Shown one piece after another: positions 22,319 to 31,906 of a stretch of 64,000 bases of DNA. A program made the position numbers and the translations under genes. This DNA is from Congzhengia sp. GTDB lineage: Bacteria > Bacillota > Clostridia > UBA1381 > UBA9506. The DNA lies in assembly GCA_045596445.1 (NCBI GenBank), contig JAZOCK010000066.1, positions 6,729 to 70,728 of the forward strand, in the 5' to 3' direction. The stretch's first letter is position 1. Each line of letters opens with the position of its first letter. The notes below the pieces were generated by a model. It was not told where the DNA came from, did no database searches, and was given only the letters and a program-made list of their open reading frames with translations.

Positions 22319-23149
22319 TCAGTTCTCCTTTTTTACAAGCTTGTTGTGAAGTGCACTAAAAAATCTGAAGCCATGTAGTTTTATGAGCTTGAATTTTTCT
22401 TTTGCTGCACCTATGACCACAGCTTCTCCGCTTGAAATTTCGCCTATCATCTGACTGTCTGCCGCAACGACAGCTTTTGATTTATCAGTAGAGCGATTTT
22501 TAATTGTAATTTTTTTATCATATGGGACAATAATTGTTCTTGAATACATTTTATGGGGACAAATTGGTGTTATTATCATAATATTCATAGACGGGTCTGC
22601 AACTGGTCCGCCTGCCGACAAAGAGTATGCAGTAGAGCCGGTGGGTGTCGAAATTATTATTCCATCTGCCATAAAGTGGTCTACAAATTCGTCATCTAAA
22701 TATACGTCAAATTCCAATATTTTTAAAAGCGAATTCTTGCGTGTTATTATGACATCATTTAAGGCACAGGTATTATCATCACCATTTACCTCAGCAGAAA
22801 GCATCATTCTCTCTTGAATCTTAAATTCTCCCGACAAAAGCTTTTCAATATCTTCTTCTAGGTTTTCCTTCTCGATTTCTGATAGAAATCCCAATCTTCC
22901 AAGATTTACGCCAATTACTGGAATATTCAACTTCGCTGCAAGCCTGGAAATCGAAAGCAATGTACCGTCGCCGCCCAAAACTAAGAAAATATCCATTTTA
23001 GCATAGTTTTCTTCTGATAAATGAGAAGCATTCAAAACAGAAGCATCCTCTGTATAAACAGATGCTCTTCCGGCAATTAAATCAATTATTTTATTGGTTA
23101 GTACGAAATCTTTATCCTTTTGCTCATTTGTAACCAAAAGTATATTCAT
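22319..23149 (-). CDS. nadK: NAD kinase
   Basis: GGDGTLL, GRLGFL, TPTGSTAYSLSAGG. Confidence 0.96.
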   Translation of the reverse strand: MNILLVTNEQKDKDFVLTNKIIDLIAGRASVYTEDASVLNASHLSEENYAKMDIFLVLGGDGTLLSISRLAAKLNIPVIGVNLGRLGFLSEIEKENLEEDIEKLLSGEFKIQERMMLSAEVNGDDNTCALNDVIITRKNSLLKILEFDVYLDDEFVDHFMADGIIISTPTGSTAYSLSAGGPVADPSMNIMIITPICPHKMYSRTIIVPYDKKITIKNRSTDKSKAVVAADSQMIGEISSGEAVVIGAAKEKFKLIKLHGFRFFSALHNKLVKKEN

Positions 23150-23191
23150 ATGCCTCACTCCAAAATTTATAATTATGCATACTTTTAATAT

Positions 23192-23220
23192 ATTATATTA
23201 TAAAAATACAAAATAAGCAA
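23192..23220 (-). promoter_or_regulatory. SigA promoter candidate of nadK-argR-recN
   Basis: TTGCTT-17-TATAAT. Confidence 0.55.
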
Positions 23221-23241
23221 GTAGTTTTTGAAAGCAAATAA

Positions 23242-23272
23242 AAAAGGCTGTAGCATTTTGCTACAGCCTTTT
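23242..23272 (-). terminator. Intrinsic terminator of gap
   Basis: AAAAGGCTGTAGCA-TTT-TGCTACAGCCTTTT with T run. Confidence 0.85.
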
Positions 23273-23282
23273 AAAATTAAAA

Positions 23283-24296
23283 CTAGTTTAATTCTGCAAA
23301 ATATTTGATTGTTCTAACCATCTGGCTTGTATATGAGTTTTCATTATCATACCATGAAACAACCTGAACTTCGTAAAGGTCATCAGATACCTTAGAAACC
23401 ATTGTTTGTGTAGCATCAAATAAAGAACCATATGTGATACCAATAACATCAGATGAAACGATTTCTTCTTCATTATAACCAAAAGATGCAGAAGAAGCAG
23501 CCTTCATAGCAGCGTTAATGCCTTCTTTTGTTATATCTGTTCCCTTAACAACAGCTGTTAAGATTGTTGTTGAACCTGTTGGAACAGGAACACGCTGTGC
23601 TGAACCAATAAGTTTGCCATTAAGTTCAGGAATAACAAGACCGATGGCCTTAGCAGCACCTGTTGAGTTAGGAACAATATTAATTGCACCCGCTCTTGCA
23701 CGTCTTAAGTCGCCCTTTCTGTGAGGACCGTCTAAAATCATCTGGTCGCCTGTGTAAGCGTGGATTGTAGACATGATACCTGACTGAATAGGGGCGTAAT
23801 CGTTTAATGCCTTAGCCATAGGAGCTAAGCAGTTTGTTGTACAAGATGCAGCTGAAATTATTGTATCGTCAGCTGTAAGAGTGTTCTCATTTACACTGTA
23901 AACAATTGTCTTTAAGTCATTACCTGCAGGAGCAGAAATAACTACTTTTTTTGCACCTGCATCGATATGAGCCTGTGACTTTTCTTTTGAACAATAGAAA
24001 CCTGTGCACTCTAAAACAACGTCAACACCGATTTCACCCCAAGGAAGATCTGCTGCCTTAGGTTCTGAATAAATAATGATTTTTTTGCCGTCAACTACAA
24101 TGTAGTTTTCGCCTGCCTCAACTGTGTGACCATCGTATCTACCCTGTGAAGAGTCATACTTTAAAAGATGTGCTAACATCTTAGGGTCTGTCAAGTCGTT
24201 AATAGCTACTACTTCGTAACCTTCTGCACCAAACATCTGTCTGAATGCAAGACGACCGATACGGCCGAAACCGTTAATTGCAACTTTTACTGACAT
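23283..24296 (-). CDS. gap: Type I glyceraldehyde-3-phosphate dehydrogenase
   Basis: [23 protein letters not shown]. Confidence 0.99.
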   Translation of the reverse strand: MSVKVAINGFGRIGRLAFRQMFGAEGYEVVAINDLTDPKMLAHLLKYDSSQGRYDGHTVEAGENYIVVDGKKIIIYSEPKAADLPWGEIGVDVVLECTGFYCSKEKSQAHIDAGAKKVVISAPAGNDLKTIVYSVNENTLTADDTIISAASCTTNCLAPMAKALNDYAPIQSGIMSTIHAYTGDQMILDGPHRKGDLRRARAGAINIVPNSTGAAKAIGLVIPELNGKLIGSAQRVPVPTGSTTILTAVVKGTDITKEGINAAMKAASSASFGYNEEEIVSSDVIGITYGSLFDATQTMVSKVSDDLYEVQVVSWYDNENSYTSQMVRTIKYFAELN

Positions 24297-24341
24297 ATTG
24301 GAATTCCTCCTAAAAATATTGATATTTAATTATCAAATAAT

Positions 24342-24370
24342 ATAATACACTAAATTTTACTAATGTTCAA
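24342..24370 (-). promoter_or_regulatory. SigA promoter candidate of gap
   Basis: TTGAAC-17-TATTAT. Confidence 0.55.
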
Positions 24371-24423
24371 GTATTTTTTTCATTTTTATTAAAAATATTC
24401 ATTTTTTAATAAAATTTTCCTGT

Positions 24424-25020
24424 TTATTTAAGCACTCTGACACTTTTTATAACAGGCTTATCAATAAGTATTTCGTTTGAAGTGGCACGTGTTGCTATCT
24501 CATCTACAACATCCATACCCTCAGTAACTCTGCCAAACGCTGCATAATTTCCATCCAGGAAGTCTCCATCATCATGCATTATAAAAAACTGTCCGCTCGC
24601 CGAATCTTTAATATTTGTTCTGGCAAACGAAACCACTCCTCTTTTATGCGAAAGATTATTTTCTATTCCGTTGCTTGCAAACTCTCCTTTGACTGTCCTT
24701 CCGCAACCACCGATACCATCGCCGTTAGGAGAACCGCCTTGAATCATAAAACCTTCAACCGCCCTGTGGAACACAAGTCCGTCATAGTACTTATCCTCTA
24801 CCAGTTCCAAGAAAAATTCAACTGACATAGGTGCATATTCCGGAAGTAATTCAATAACAATCTCTCTTTCATCTTCCATAGTAATTTTTACTAAAGTGTT
24901 TTCCATTTTCTTAACAACCTCATTTTCTGTATTATTTGTCTCGTTTTTACCGCAAGCACAAATTGCAATTGACATAATAAAAACGAAAATTAGCAATGTA
25001 ATAATTTTTAATTTTTTCAT
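24424..25020 (-). CDS. Cyclophilin-type peptidyl-prolyl isomerase with predicted lipoprotein signal
   Basis: FHRAVEGFMIQGG, QFFIMH, LDGNYAAFG; N-terminal KK-hydrophobic-CACG. Confidence 0.9.
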   Translation of the reverse strand: MKKLKIITLLIFVFIMSIAICACGKNETNNTENEVVKKMENTLVKITMEDEREIVIELLPEYAPMSVEFFLELVEDKYYDGLVFHRAVEGFMIQGGSPNGDGIGGCGRTVKGEFASNGIENNLSHKRGVVSFARTNIKDSASGQFFIMHDDGDFLDGNYAAFGRVTEGMDVVDEIATRATSNEILIDKPVIKSVRVLK

Positions 25021-25036
25021 ATTTTTTCCTTTCAGG

Positions 25037-25882
25037 TTATTCTATGGGATTTGTTATAGCAGTAAAAAAGCCTGAAAACGCATTTTGTGCCTCAAGGGCT
25101 TTTTTTAAGTCTTTAAATACTCCGTAGCAAGTAGCTCCGCTTCCGCTCATAACGGCAATTTCTGCACCATTATTATATAGTTTATTTATAATATTTGAAA
25201 TTTCAGGACAAACTTCATTTGTTACTTCTTCCATAACATTCTTCATATTTACACGCATTTCGTCTAAATTTCCACTATCAAGTGCCGAAATAAGAGACTG
25301 ATTATTTAAAATGTTATATGTTTTATTGGCATCAATACGACTATATATTTCCTTTGTACTTACTAAAATATTAGGATTAACCAAAAGTATATACAGCTCT
25401 TTTTTCAGTCCACTAACAGCAGAAAGCTTTTCTCCTATACCTTCTGCTAACGCAGGCTTTATCTGAATACAAAAAGGAATATCTGCACCCAAGGTAACAC
25501 CTAATTCCATCAGTTTTTTAATATCGGCATTTATATCGCACATCTGATTTATACCGCGAAAAACTGCAGCTGCATCGGTACTGCCGCCTGCCATTCCGCC
25601 TGCAATTGGAATATTTTTTAAAATTTTGATATCAAATCCGTGAGGAATATCAAACTCATTAATCATCAATTCACAAGCTTTGTATGCAAGATTTTTATTG
25701 TCGCTTGGGACTTGCGGGTTATCACACAATACCGTGATTTTTTTATCGTTTCTTTTATCTATAGATACAATATCGCAAAGCTCAACAGACTGCATAACCA
25801 TCGACACACTATGATATCCATTTGGTAAAACACCCGTTATATCTAAAGATAAATTGATTTTTCCGTATGCTTTAAAATCCAT
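25037..25882 (-). CDS. ispE: 4-(cytidine 5'-diphospho)-2-C-methyl-D-erythritol kinase
   Basis: KINLSLD, KNIPIAGGMAGGS, LGADIPF, MSGSG. Confidence 0.96.
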   Translation of the reverse strand: MDFKAYGKINLSLDITGVLPNGYHSVSMVMQSVELCDIVSIDKRNDKKITVLCDNPQVPSDNKNLAYKACELMINEFDIPHGFDIKILKNIPIAGGMAGGSTDAAAVFRGINQMCDINADIKKLMELGVTLGADIPFCIQIKPALAEGIGEKLSAVSGLKKELYILLVNPNILVSTKEIYSRIDANKTYNILNNQSLISALDSGNLDEMRVNMKNVMEEVTNEVCPEISNIINKLYNNGAEIAVMSGSGATCYGVFKDLKKALEAQNAFSGFFTAITNPIE

Positions 25883-25891
25883 AGCAAGCTC

Positions 25892-27163
25892 CTAAAATAC
25901 AAAGTCAAACTCAATATCATACATCTTTACAGTATCACCCTCTTCTATTCCTGCATCCTCTAATGCTTTAATTACTCCATTTGTACGAAGAGAGTTTTGA
26001 AAAAATTGTAACGATTCATAATCATCAAAATTTGTGCTTCCGATAATCTTTAGTATTAATTCTCCTTCGACATAATACTCTTTTTCGCGTTTATAAACCT
26101 TGAAATTATCGCCCAATTCTTTAATGCTTTCAAAATCATCCTCTTCCACATCAAACTCAGGAACAGGAATGTTTTTAAGCTTGCCTGCTACAATTTTCAT
26201 TAGATTATCTGTGCCTTTATGAGTTGCAGCTGAAATCATATACACCTCATAGCCTCTGCTTTTTATTTCATTTTCAAATTCTTCCACTACATTTAAATCT
26301 AATGCAATATCTGTTTTATTACCTATAACTATTTGAGGCTTTTTGGGAAGCTCAGAATTGAATTTCTCCATCTCATTACAAATTATATCAAAATCTTCGA
26401 TTGGATTTCTTCCCTCTATTCCCGAAACGTCAACAATATGCAGCAATAGTCTTGTTCTTTCTATATGTCTTAAAAATTCATGCCCCAAGCCAACGCCTGT
26501 GTTAGCACCCTCGATAATACCCGGTATATCTGCCATAACAAAGCTTCCTGCATCTCCTACATTAACAACACCCAAATTCGGTTCAAGCGTTGTAAAGTGA
26601 TAATTTGCAATTTTAGGACACGCACTGCTCACTGATGACAAAAGTGTTGATTTTCCCACGTTCGGAAATCCTACAAGCCCTACATCAGCAAGTAGTTTTA
26701 ATTCTAAAACAATTTCCCTTTCCTTTGTCTTTTGTCCGGGCTTTGCAAACTTAGGCACTTGTCTTGTGGGCGTCGCAAAATGTGTGTTGCCAAATCCGCC
26801 CTTACCGCCACGTGCAACAACAAACTCATCTCCCGCTTTTTTTAAGTCAGCAATGATTTTTCCGGTTTCTGCATCCTTTACTAAAGTACCGGCAGGAACC
26901 TTCACATATAATGATTCTCCATTTTTGCCAAAGCATTTTTTCGCTTTTCCATCTTCGCCGTTTTCAGCTTTATAAATTCTCTTGTGTCTAAAATCATAAA
27001 GCGTTGTCATCTGAGGGTCAACTGTTAAAACAACATTACCTCCGTGACCGCCATCTCCACCGTCAGGGCCACCCGCAGCAACATATTTTTCTCGATGAAA
27101 GGAAACAAGCCCGTTCCCGCCATTTCCTGATTTAACTGTTATTACCGCTGTATCTGCAAACAT
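25892..27163 (-). CDS. obgE: GTPase ObgE
   Basis: Gly-rich Obg fold, GFPNVGKS, YHFTT, DIPG, NKTD and C-terminal OCT domain. Confidence 0.98.
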   Translation of the reverse strand: MFADTAVITVKSGNGGNGLVSFHREKYVAAGGPDGGDGGHGGNVVLTVDPQMTTLYDFRHKRIYKAENGEDGKAKKCFGKNGESLYVKVPAGTLVKDAETGKIIADLKKAGDEFVVARGGKGGFGNTHFATPTRQVPKFAKPGQKTKEREIVLELKLLADVGLVGFPNVGKSTLLSSVSSACPKIANYHFTTLEPNLGVVNVGDAGSFVMADIPGIIEGANTGVGLGHEFLRHIERTRLLLHIVDVSGIEGRNPIEDFDIICNEMEKFNSELPKKPQIVIGNKTDIALDLNVVEEFENEIKSRGYEVYMISAATHKGTDNLMKIVAGKLKNIPVPEFDVEEDDFESIKELGDNFKVYKREKEYYVEGELILKIIGSTNFDDYESLQFFQNSLRTNGVIKALEDAGIEEGDTVKMYDIEFDFVF

Positions 27164-27177
27164 ATTATCCTCCGAAT

Positions 27178-28917
27178 TTAATTGTTTGTTTCCTTTGTAA
27201 CAGGTAAAAAGATTATTACCTTTGTGCCTTCTCCTACTTTACTTTCTACCTTTATAGTACCACCGTGGGCATCTATTATACTTTTTGAAATTGATAGTCC
27301 CAGACCTGTACCACCTAATTCACGGCTTCGTGCTTTATCTACTCTGTAAAATCTTTCAAAAATTCTTTCCAAATCCTTTTTCGGTATTCCTATGCCGTTA
27401 TCCTTTACCTCTACAAAAAAATCTCCATAAAGCTTTCCGGCTCTTATGCTTATTTTTCCGCCGTTTTGTGTGTATTTAATTGAGTTCGAAATTATGTTAT
27501 ACAATACCTGTTCTAACTTATCTCTGTCGCCATAAAAATCAGGAATTTCAGCTATCGCTTCAAAATTTAATCTATGCCCCTTTTCATTTGCTACCAAGGT
27601 CATAGTAGAAACCACATCATTAATCATTTCCTTTAAAGAAAACATGGTGCGGTTTAGTATCATTTTGCCTTCCAAACTGGATATTAAAAGCAAATCCTTA
27701 ACCAAGCGGGTCATTCTGTCGGTTTCGTTAAGTATTGTATTTGCAAAAGTCTCTGCTGTTTTATTATTATCTCCAATAATGTCTAAAAGCGTTTCTGCGT
27801 GCGATTTTACGGTTGTAAGTGGTGTTTTAAGTTCGTGAGAAACGTTAGCTACAAACTCTCGTCTTGACATTTCCAGCTGTTGTTCTTTTGTGATATCACG
27901 CAACATTACCAATACGCCATCGTATTTTTTTCGTTCGTTATTATAGGCTGCAAAATTTGCCCTTAATGTCGTATCATCTATTCTAATTTCACGTTCGAAG
28001 ATTCGATTGTCATCAAGATATAACAAATCACCTATTTTTATGTTTGCCTTAAGTTCAAAGAACAACCTGTCGAACCTATACTTTTCAATTTTTTCTATAT
28101 CAAGCATTTTGCGTGCTTTAGAATTTATATGAATAATTTTGCCTTTAGTATCAAACGCAATTACGCCATCTGCCATATTTTGAATGATTGCTTCGATTTT
28201 GCTTTTTTCAGTTGAAAAATCAGAAATTGTTTTTCTGAATTTTCCTGACATTTCTCGAAAAGCATCAACCAACATTCCTATTTCATCTTTAGTTTTTAAA
28301 GGCTCTATTTTTGTATCAAATTCACCCTCTGAAATTTGTTTTGCACTTTTTGTAAGTGTTTTAATCGGGTTAGAAATTTTTCTCGCTACAGAAATAGTAA
28401 CAGTTGCCAAAATTAAAATTCCCAAACCTGTGAGTTGTAAATATGTAAGAATTAATTCATTAATTTCCAGATATAACTCTTTTTTTGTATCGTTTATATA
28501 TATGATAAATTCCGTATTATTATTTTTAATCGGCACAGCAAAATCCATATACCTTTTGCCGTAATTAATTTGATTTCCCACCTTACCTGATTGTGCGGAT
28601 ATGTAATTTGAAGACTCTGTATATACATCATCCAATGATACATTTTTGTTCTGTTCAATAGTTAATATTTTTCTGTTTTCATCAATTCCCAACAATGAGA
28701 ATTTGTATGTAAGATTGTTGTTTATGTCGCCAATTCCCGAAGAATTTTCAAGTGTTTTAACAAATTCATCCGTAAAAACAGCTGACATATCGTCATAAAA
28801 TAAATCACAATGATAAACATAAAGTCGAAGTACTAAAAATGTGCCTGCAACTGTCATAATCGCAAGCACAAGAAGTACAAATATGGTTATCAGTTTCAGT
28901 TGTAAACTTTTAAACAT
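27178..28917 (-). CDS. Sensor histidine kinase (TM-HAMP-PAS-HisKA-HATPase), WalK-like
   Basis: FVANVSHELKTPLT H-box, NSIKYT, DNGIGIP, FYRVDKARSR, GGTGLGL. Confidence 0.9.
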   Translation of the reverse strand: MFKSLQLKLITIFVLLVLAIMTVAGTFLVLRLYVYHCDLFYDDMSAVFTDEFVKTLENSSGIGDINNNLTYKFSLLGIDENRKILTIEQNKNVSLDDVYTESSNYISAQSGKVGNQINYGKRYMDFAVPIKNNNTEFIIYINDTKKELYLEINELILTYLQLTGLGILILATVTISVARKISNPIKTLTKSAKQISEGEFDTKIEPLKTKDEIGMLVDAFREMSGKFRKTISDFSTEKSKIEAIIQNMADGVIAFDTKGKIIHINSKARKMLDIEKIEKYRFDRLFFELKANIKIGDLLYLDDNRIFEREIRIDDTTLRANFAAYNNERKKYDGVLVMLRDITKEQQLEMSRREFVANVSHELKTPLTTVKSHAETLLDIIGDNNKTAETFANTILNETDRMTRLVKDLLLISSLEGKMILNRTMFSLKEMINDVVSTMTLVANEKGHRLNFEAIAEIPDFYGDRDKLEQVLYNIISNSIKYTQNGGKISIRAGKLYGDFFVEVKDNGIGIPKKDLERIFERFYRVDKARSRELGGTGLGLSISKSIIDAHGGTIKVESKVGEGTKVIIFLPVTKETNN

Positions 28918-28937
28918 ATCTATATTTTCCTTTTTAG

Positions 28938-29627
28938 TTATTTTTTAAAATAGTAGCCTACACCACGTTTAGTTAAAATGTATTTTGGATTACTTGAATC
29001 GTCTTCTATTTTTTCACGCAAACGTCTTACAGTAACATCAACTGTTCTGACATCCCCGTAAAACTCATATCCCCAAACACTTGAAAGTAACGCTTCTCTT
29101 GTAAAAATACGATTAGGCTGTGTAACCAAAAATTTTAAAAGTTCATATTCACGAAGAGTCAAATCTAATACTTCGTCATTTTTTACAGCCTCATAACGTG
29201 TTGCATTTATAATAAAATTATCGTCAACACTGATTTTTTCATCTGTGTCGGCTGCTATATCGTTACTTACTCTACGCATATTAGCCTTTACTCTTGCAAT
29301 TAACTCACGAACAGAAAATGGTTTTGTTATATAGTCATCAGCACCAAGCTCTAAACCCAGAACCTTGTCCACTTCTTCGTCACGAGCGGTAATCATGATA
29401 ATTGGAACATTTAGCTTTTCACGAACCTTTCTGCAAACGTCAAAGCCATCCATCTTAGGCAACATAATATCCAGTAAAATGAGGTCAGGATTTTGAGTTA
29501 GGGCACATTCTAATGCACTAACACCGTTATCTGCTGTCAGAACCTCAAAGCCCTCTTTTTCAAGATTGTACTTTAAAATATCAACTATCGGTTTTTCATC
29601 GTCGACAACTAAAATTTTTCTGTCCAT
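28938..29627 (-). CDS. OmpR-family response regulator, WalR/YycF-like
   Basis: ILVVDDEKPIVDILKYNL, LGADDYITKPF, DVRTVDVTVRRLREKIE. Confidence 0.92.
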   Translation of the reverse strand: MDRKILVVDDEKPIVDILKYNLEKEGFEVLTADNGVSALECALTQNPDLILLDIMLPKMDGFDVCRKVREKLNVPIIMITARDEEVDKVLGLELGADDYITKPFSVRELIARVKANMRRVSNDIAADTDEKISVDDNFIINATRYEAVKNDEVLDLTLREYELLKFLVTQPNRIFTREALLSSVWGYEFYGDVRTVDVTVRRLREKIEDDSSNPKYILTKRGVGYYFKK

Positions 29628-29708
29628 ATTTAATACCCTTTCTCGTGTATTATTTTCCATTGATAAAAACAAGTATATTACAAAAAAATATCTAAACCAA
29701 CATAATAT

Positions 29709-29737
29709 ATTATAATTTATTTTTTTTAATATGTCAA
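29709..29737 (-). promoter_or_regulatory. Consensus SigA promoter of the two-component operon
   Basis: TTGACA-17-TATAAT on the minus strand. Confidence 0.8.
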
Positions 29738-29774
29738 TTATAATAAATAAAATTCAAAAAAAAATATATTTTTG

Positions 29775-29803
29775 TTGAACATTGAAGAAAATTGTAATAT
29801 AAT
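29775..29803 (+). promoter_or_regulatory. SigA promoter candidate of the carboxypeptidase gene
   Basis: TTGAAC-17-TATAAT. Confidence 0.6.
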
Positions 29804-29832
29804 AAATACATTAAATCATATAGGAGTTTTTT

Positions 29833-31197
29833 ATGAAAAGATTATTTTCGCTTTTAATTGCAACAGTGATTGTTTTTTCATGTACATATGTTGATATTTA
29901 TGCTACAAATAACCGAACAAAAGAACCCGCTCCCATAGAAACTGCCGAAAACAAGTCAGAGCAAAAAAAAGAAGCAGCCAATCCCAAAGAAGAGCCACTT
30001 GAAGCCCCAATTGACATAGCCGGACCTGATATTCATGCAGAAGCTGCTTTTTTAATAAATCCCAGTACAGGCGTAATAATTTACGAAAAAAATGCAGATA
30101 AGCATATGTTTCCCGCATCTACGACCAAGATAATGACTGCTTACCTTGCATTGTCAAAGCTGGATTTAAACAAAGAATGCACAGCAAGTGCTACTGCTGT
30201 AGATATAGACCGCGACGGTTCTAATATGGGAATTTCTCAAGGAGAAATTTTAACTGTCAGACAATTAATTGATTCTTTGGTTATCCATTCTGCAAACGAT
30301 GCTGCAAATGTTTTAGCCGAAGAAATTTCAGGTTCTATTGATGAATTTGTTAATCTGATGAATACTACTGCCAAAGAGCTTGGAATGTCTAATACAAACT
30401 TTGAAAATCCTCACGGATACCATTCGTCCAATCACTACACTACCGCTCGTGATATGGCATTGCTTGCATGCAAAGCTATGGAAAATGACGTTTTTGTCGA
30501 GATGGTAGGAATGAGAAGGCTTACAATACCACCAACAAACAAATACAGTACCGAAAGAGTGTTTAGCACACGAAATGCTCTTATAAATCCTTACAGTGAT
30601 ATCAGTCTGCAATACAGATTTGCAACAGGTATAAAAACAGGACATACATCAAATGCAGGATATTGCTTTGTAGGCAGTGCGGTAAAAAATGATATGGATT
30701 TAATTTCAGTAGTATTTAAATCCAGTAGCTACAACAGGGCTTTTATTGATACAAAAAACCTTTTTGAGCATGCTTACTCGAAATATCGTATGAGAACAGT
30801 AATAAAAAGCGACGAGCTTGCCTCTACATGTAACGTCAGATGGGCATGGGGCAAAGAACACCTGGTACTAAAAACAAACAAAGATGTCAAAACAATACTT
30901 CCCAGAGATAATTATGCTGAGGAGCTTTTAAAGAGCGAAATTACCATCAAAGATAAAATAACCGCACCTATAAAAGAAGGCGAAGAATTAGGAACTGTCA
31001 AGTTTTTCTACGACAATGAGCTTGTTGCTGACTCACCACTCTATGCGAGTCGTTCGGTTGCGAGAAATTACTTTAAAATGTTGTCGTCGTTTCTGTTAAA
31101 CGGATGGTTTATAGCTATCCTTGGTGTTGTTGTTATAGCAATTTTTGCTCTAAAGCTTAAAGAAACTAATAAAAGAAAACACCGCAATATTAAATAA
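29833..31197 (+). CDS. D-alanyl-D-alanine carboxypeptidase (S11, DacA-like)
   Basis: PASTTK (SxxK), SAND (SxN), KTG; signal peptide and C-terminal TM anchor. Confidence 0.93.
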   Translation: MKRLFSLLIATVIVFSCTYVDIYATNNRTKEPAPIETAENKSEQKKEAANPKEEPLEAPIDIAGPDIHAEAAFLINPSTGVIIYEKNADKHMFPASTTKIMTAYLALSKLDLNKECTASATAVDIDRDGSNMGISQGEILTVRQLIDSLVIHSANDAANVLAEEISGSIDEFVNLMNTTAKELGMSNTNFENPHGYHSSNHYTTARDMALLACKAMENDVFVEMVGMRRLTIPPTNKYSTERVFSTRNALINPYSDISLQYRFATGIKTGHTSNAGYCFVGSAVKNDMDLISVVFKSSSYNRAFIDTKNLFEHAYSKYRMRTVIKSDELASTCNVRWAWGKEHLVLKTNKDVKTILPRDNYAEELLKSEITIKDKITAPIKEGEELGTVKFFYDNELVADSPLYASRSVARNYFKMLSSFLLNGWFIAILGVVVIAIFALKLKETNKRKHRNIK

Positions 31198-31214
31198 ATT
31201 TAAAGGAAGAAATT

Positions 31215-31868
31215 ATGTTGAATCAAAACATGAACCTAGAATGCTTCTCTAAAAATTTAAAGCATCTAATCAAAAAAAACAATATAAGAAACGTAGACCT
31301 GGCAAATTATCTTGGGATTTCAAAATCTGCTATAAGCAATTACATCTCAGGCTCTGTTCCTAAAACAGAAACAATTTTTAAAATTGCTTCTTATTTTGAT
31401 GTAAATATCGAGAACTTAATAAGCAAAAAATCAGACGAAACTGAAATAGGTTTAAATGAAGAAGGAAAGCTTGTATATAAAATACCGCTTTTTTGTAAGG
31501 ATTTGCTTTCTGACAAAATTGTTTACAGAAATGAAAACTACATTGGCATTATAACTTCTCCAATCCCTACAAAGAAAGAACACGATTGTTATGCTGTAAA
31601 GTGCTATGACAACTCTATGAAAAATTATGGTTTTGCTGAAGAAAGCATTGCAGTATTCAGTGCAGCAACGCAAGTCTCAGATGGTGAAATAGCGGCTGTG
31701 TTTATAAAATCGAAAAAACGAATTTTTATCCGCCGTGTGAAATTTAAAGACAAAAAAATAGAGTTAATTTCTGACAACGGTTCTGAAATTTATAAAATTT
31801 CACGCGATAACTGTGATGCAGTAATTTTAGGAAAAGTTGTATCTGCTACATTTTTTCCAAATACTTAA
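31215..31868 (+). CDS. XRE-type HTH regulator with degenerate S24/LexA-like C-terminal domain
   Basis: DLANYLGISKSAISNY HTH; YAVKCYDNSM, DGEIAAV, LISDN. Confidence 0.8.
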   Translation: MLNQNMNLECFSKNLKHLIKKNNIRNVDLANYLGISKSAISNYISGSVPKTETIFKIASYFDVNIENLISKKSDETEIGLNEEGKLVYKIPLFCKDLLSDKIVYRNENYIGIITSPIPTKKEHDCYAVKCYDNSMKNYGFAEESIAVFSAATQVSDGEIAAVFIKSKKRIFIRRVKFKDKKIELISDNGSEIYKISRDNCDAVILGKVVSATFFPNT

Positions 31869-31906
31869 AATGAGCTGTAACAATATTGTTACAGCTCATT
31901 TTAAGT
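31863..31906. repeat. Perfect 44-bp palindrome, probable bidirectional terminator
   Basis: ACTTAAAATGAGCTGTAACAAT|ATTGTTACAGCTCATTTTAAGT; contains the stop codons of both convergent genes. Confidence 0.9.

Noticed and set aside
29783-29798. WalR box upstream of the carboxypeptidase
   Set aside because: TGAAGA and TGTAAT are 4 nt apart rather than 5, and the first half-site is poor.
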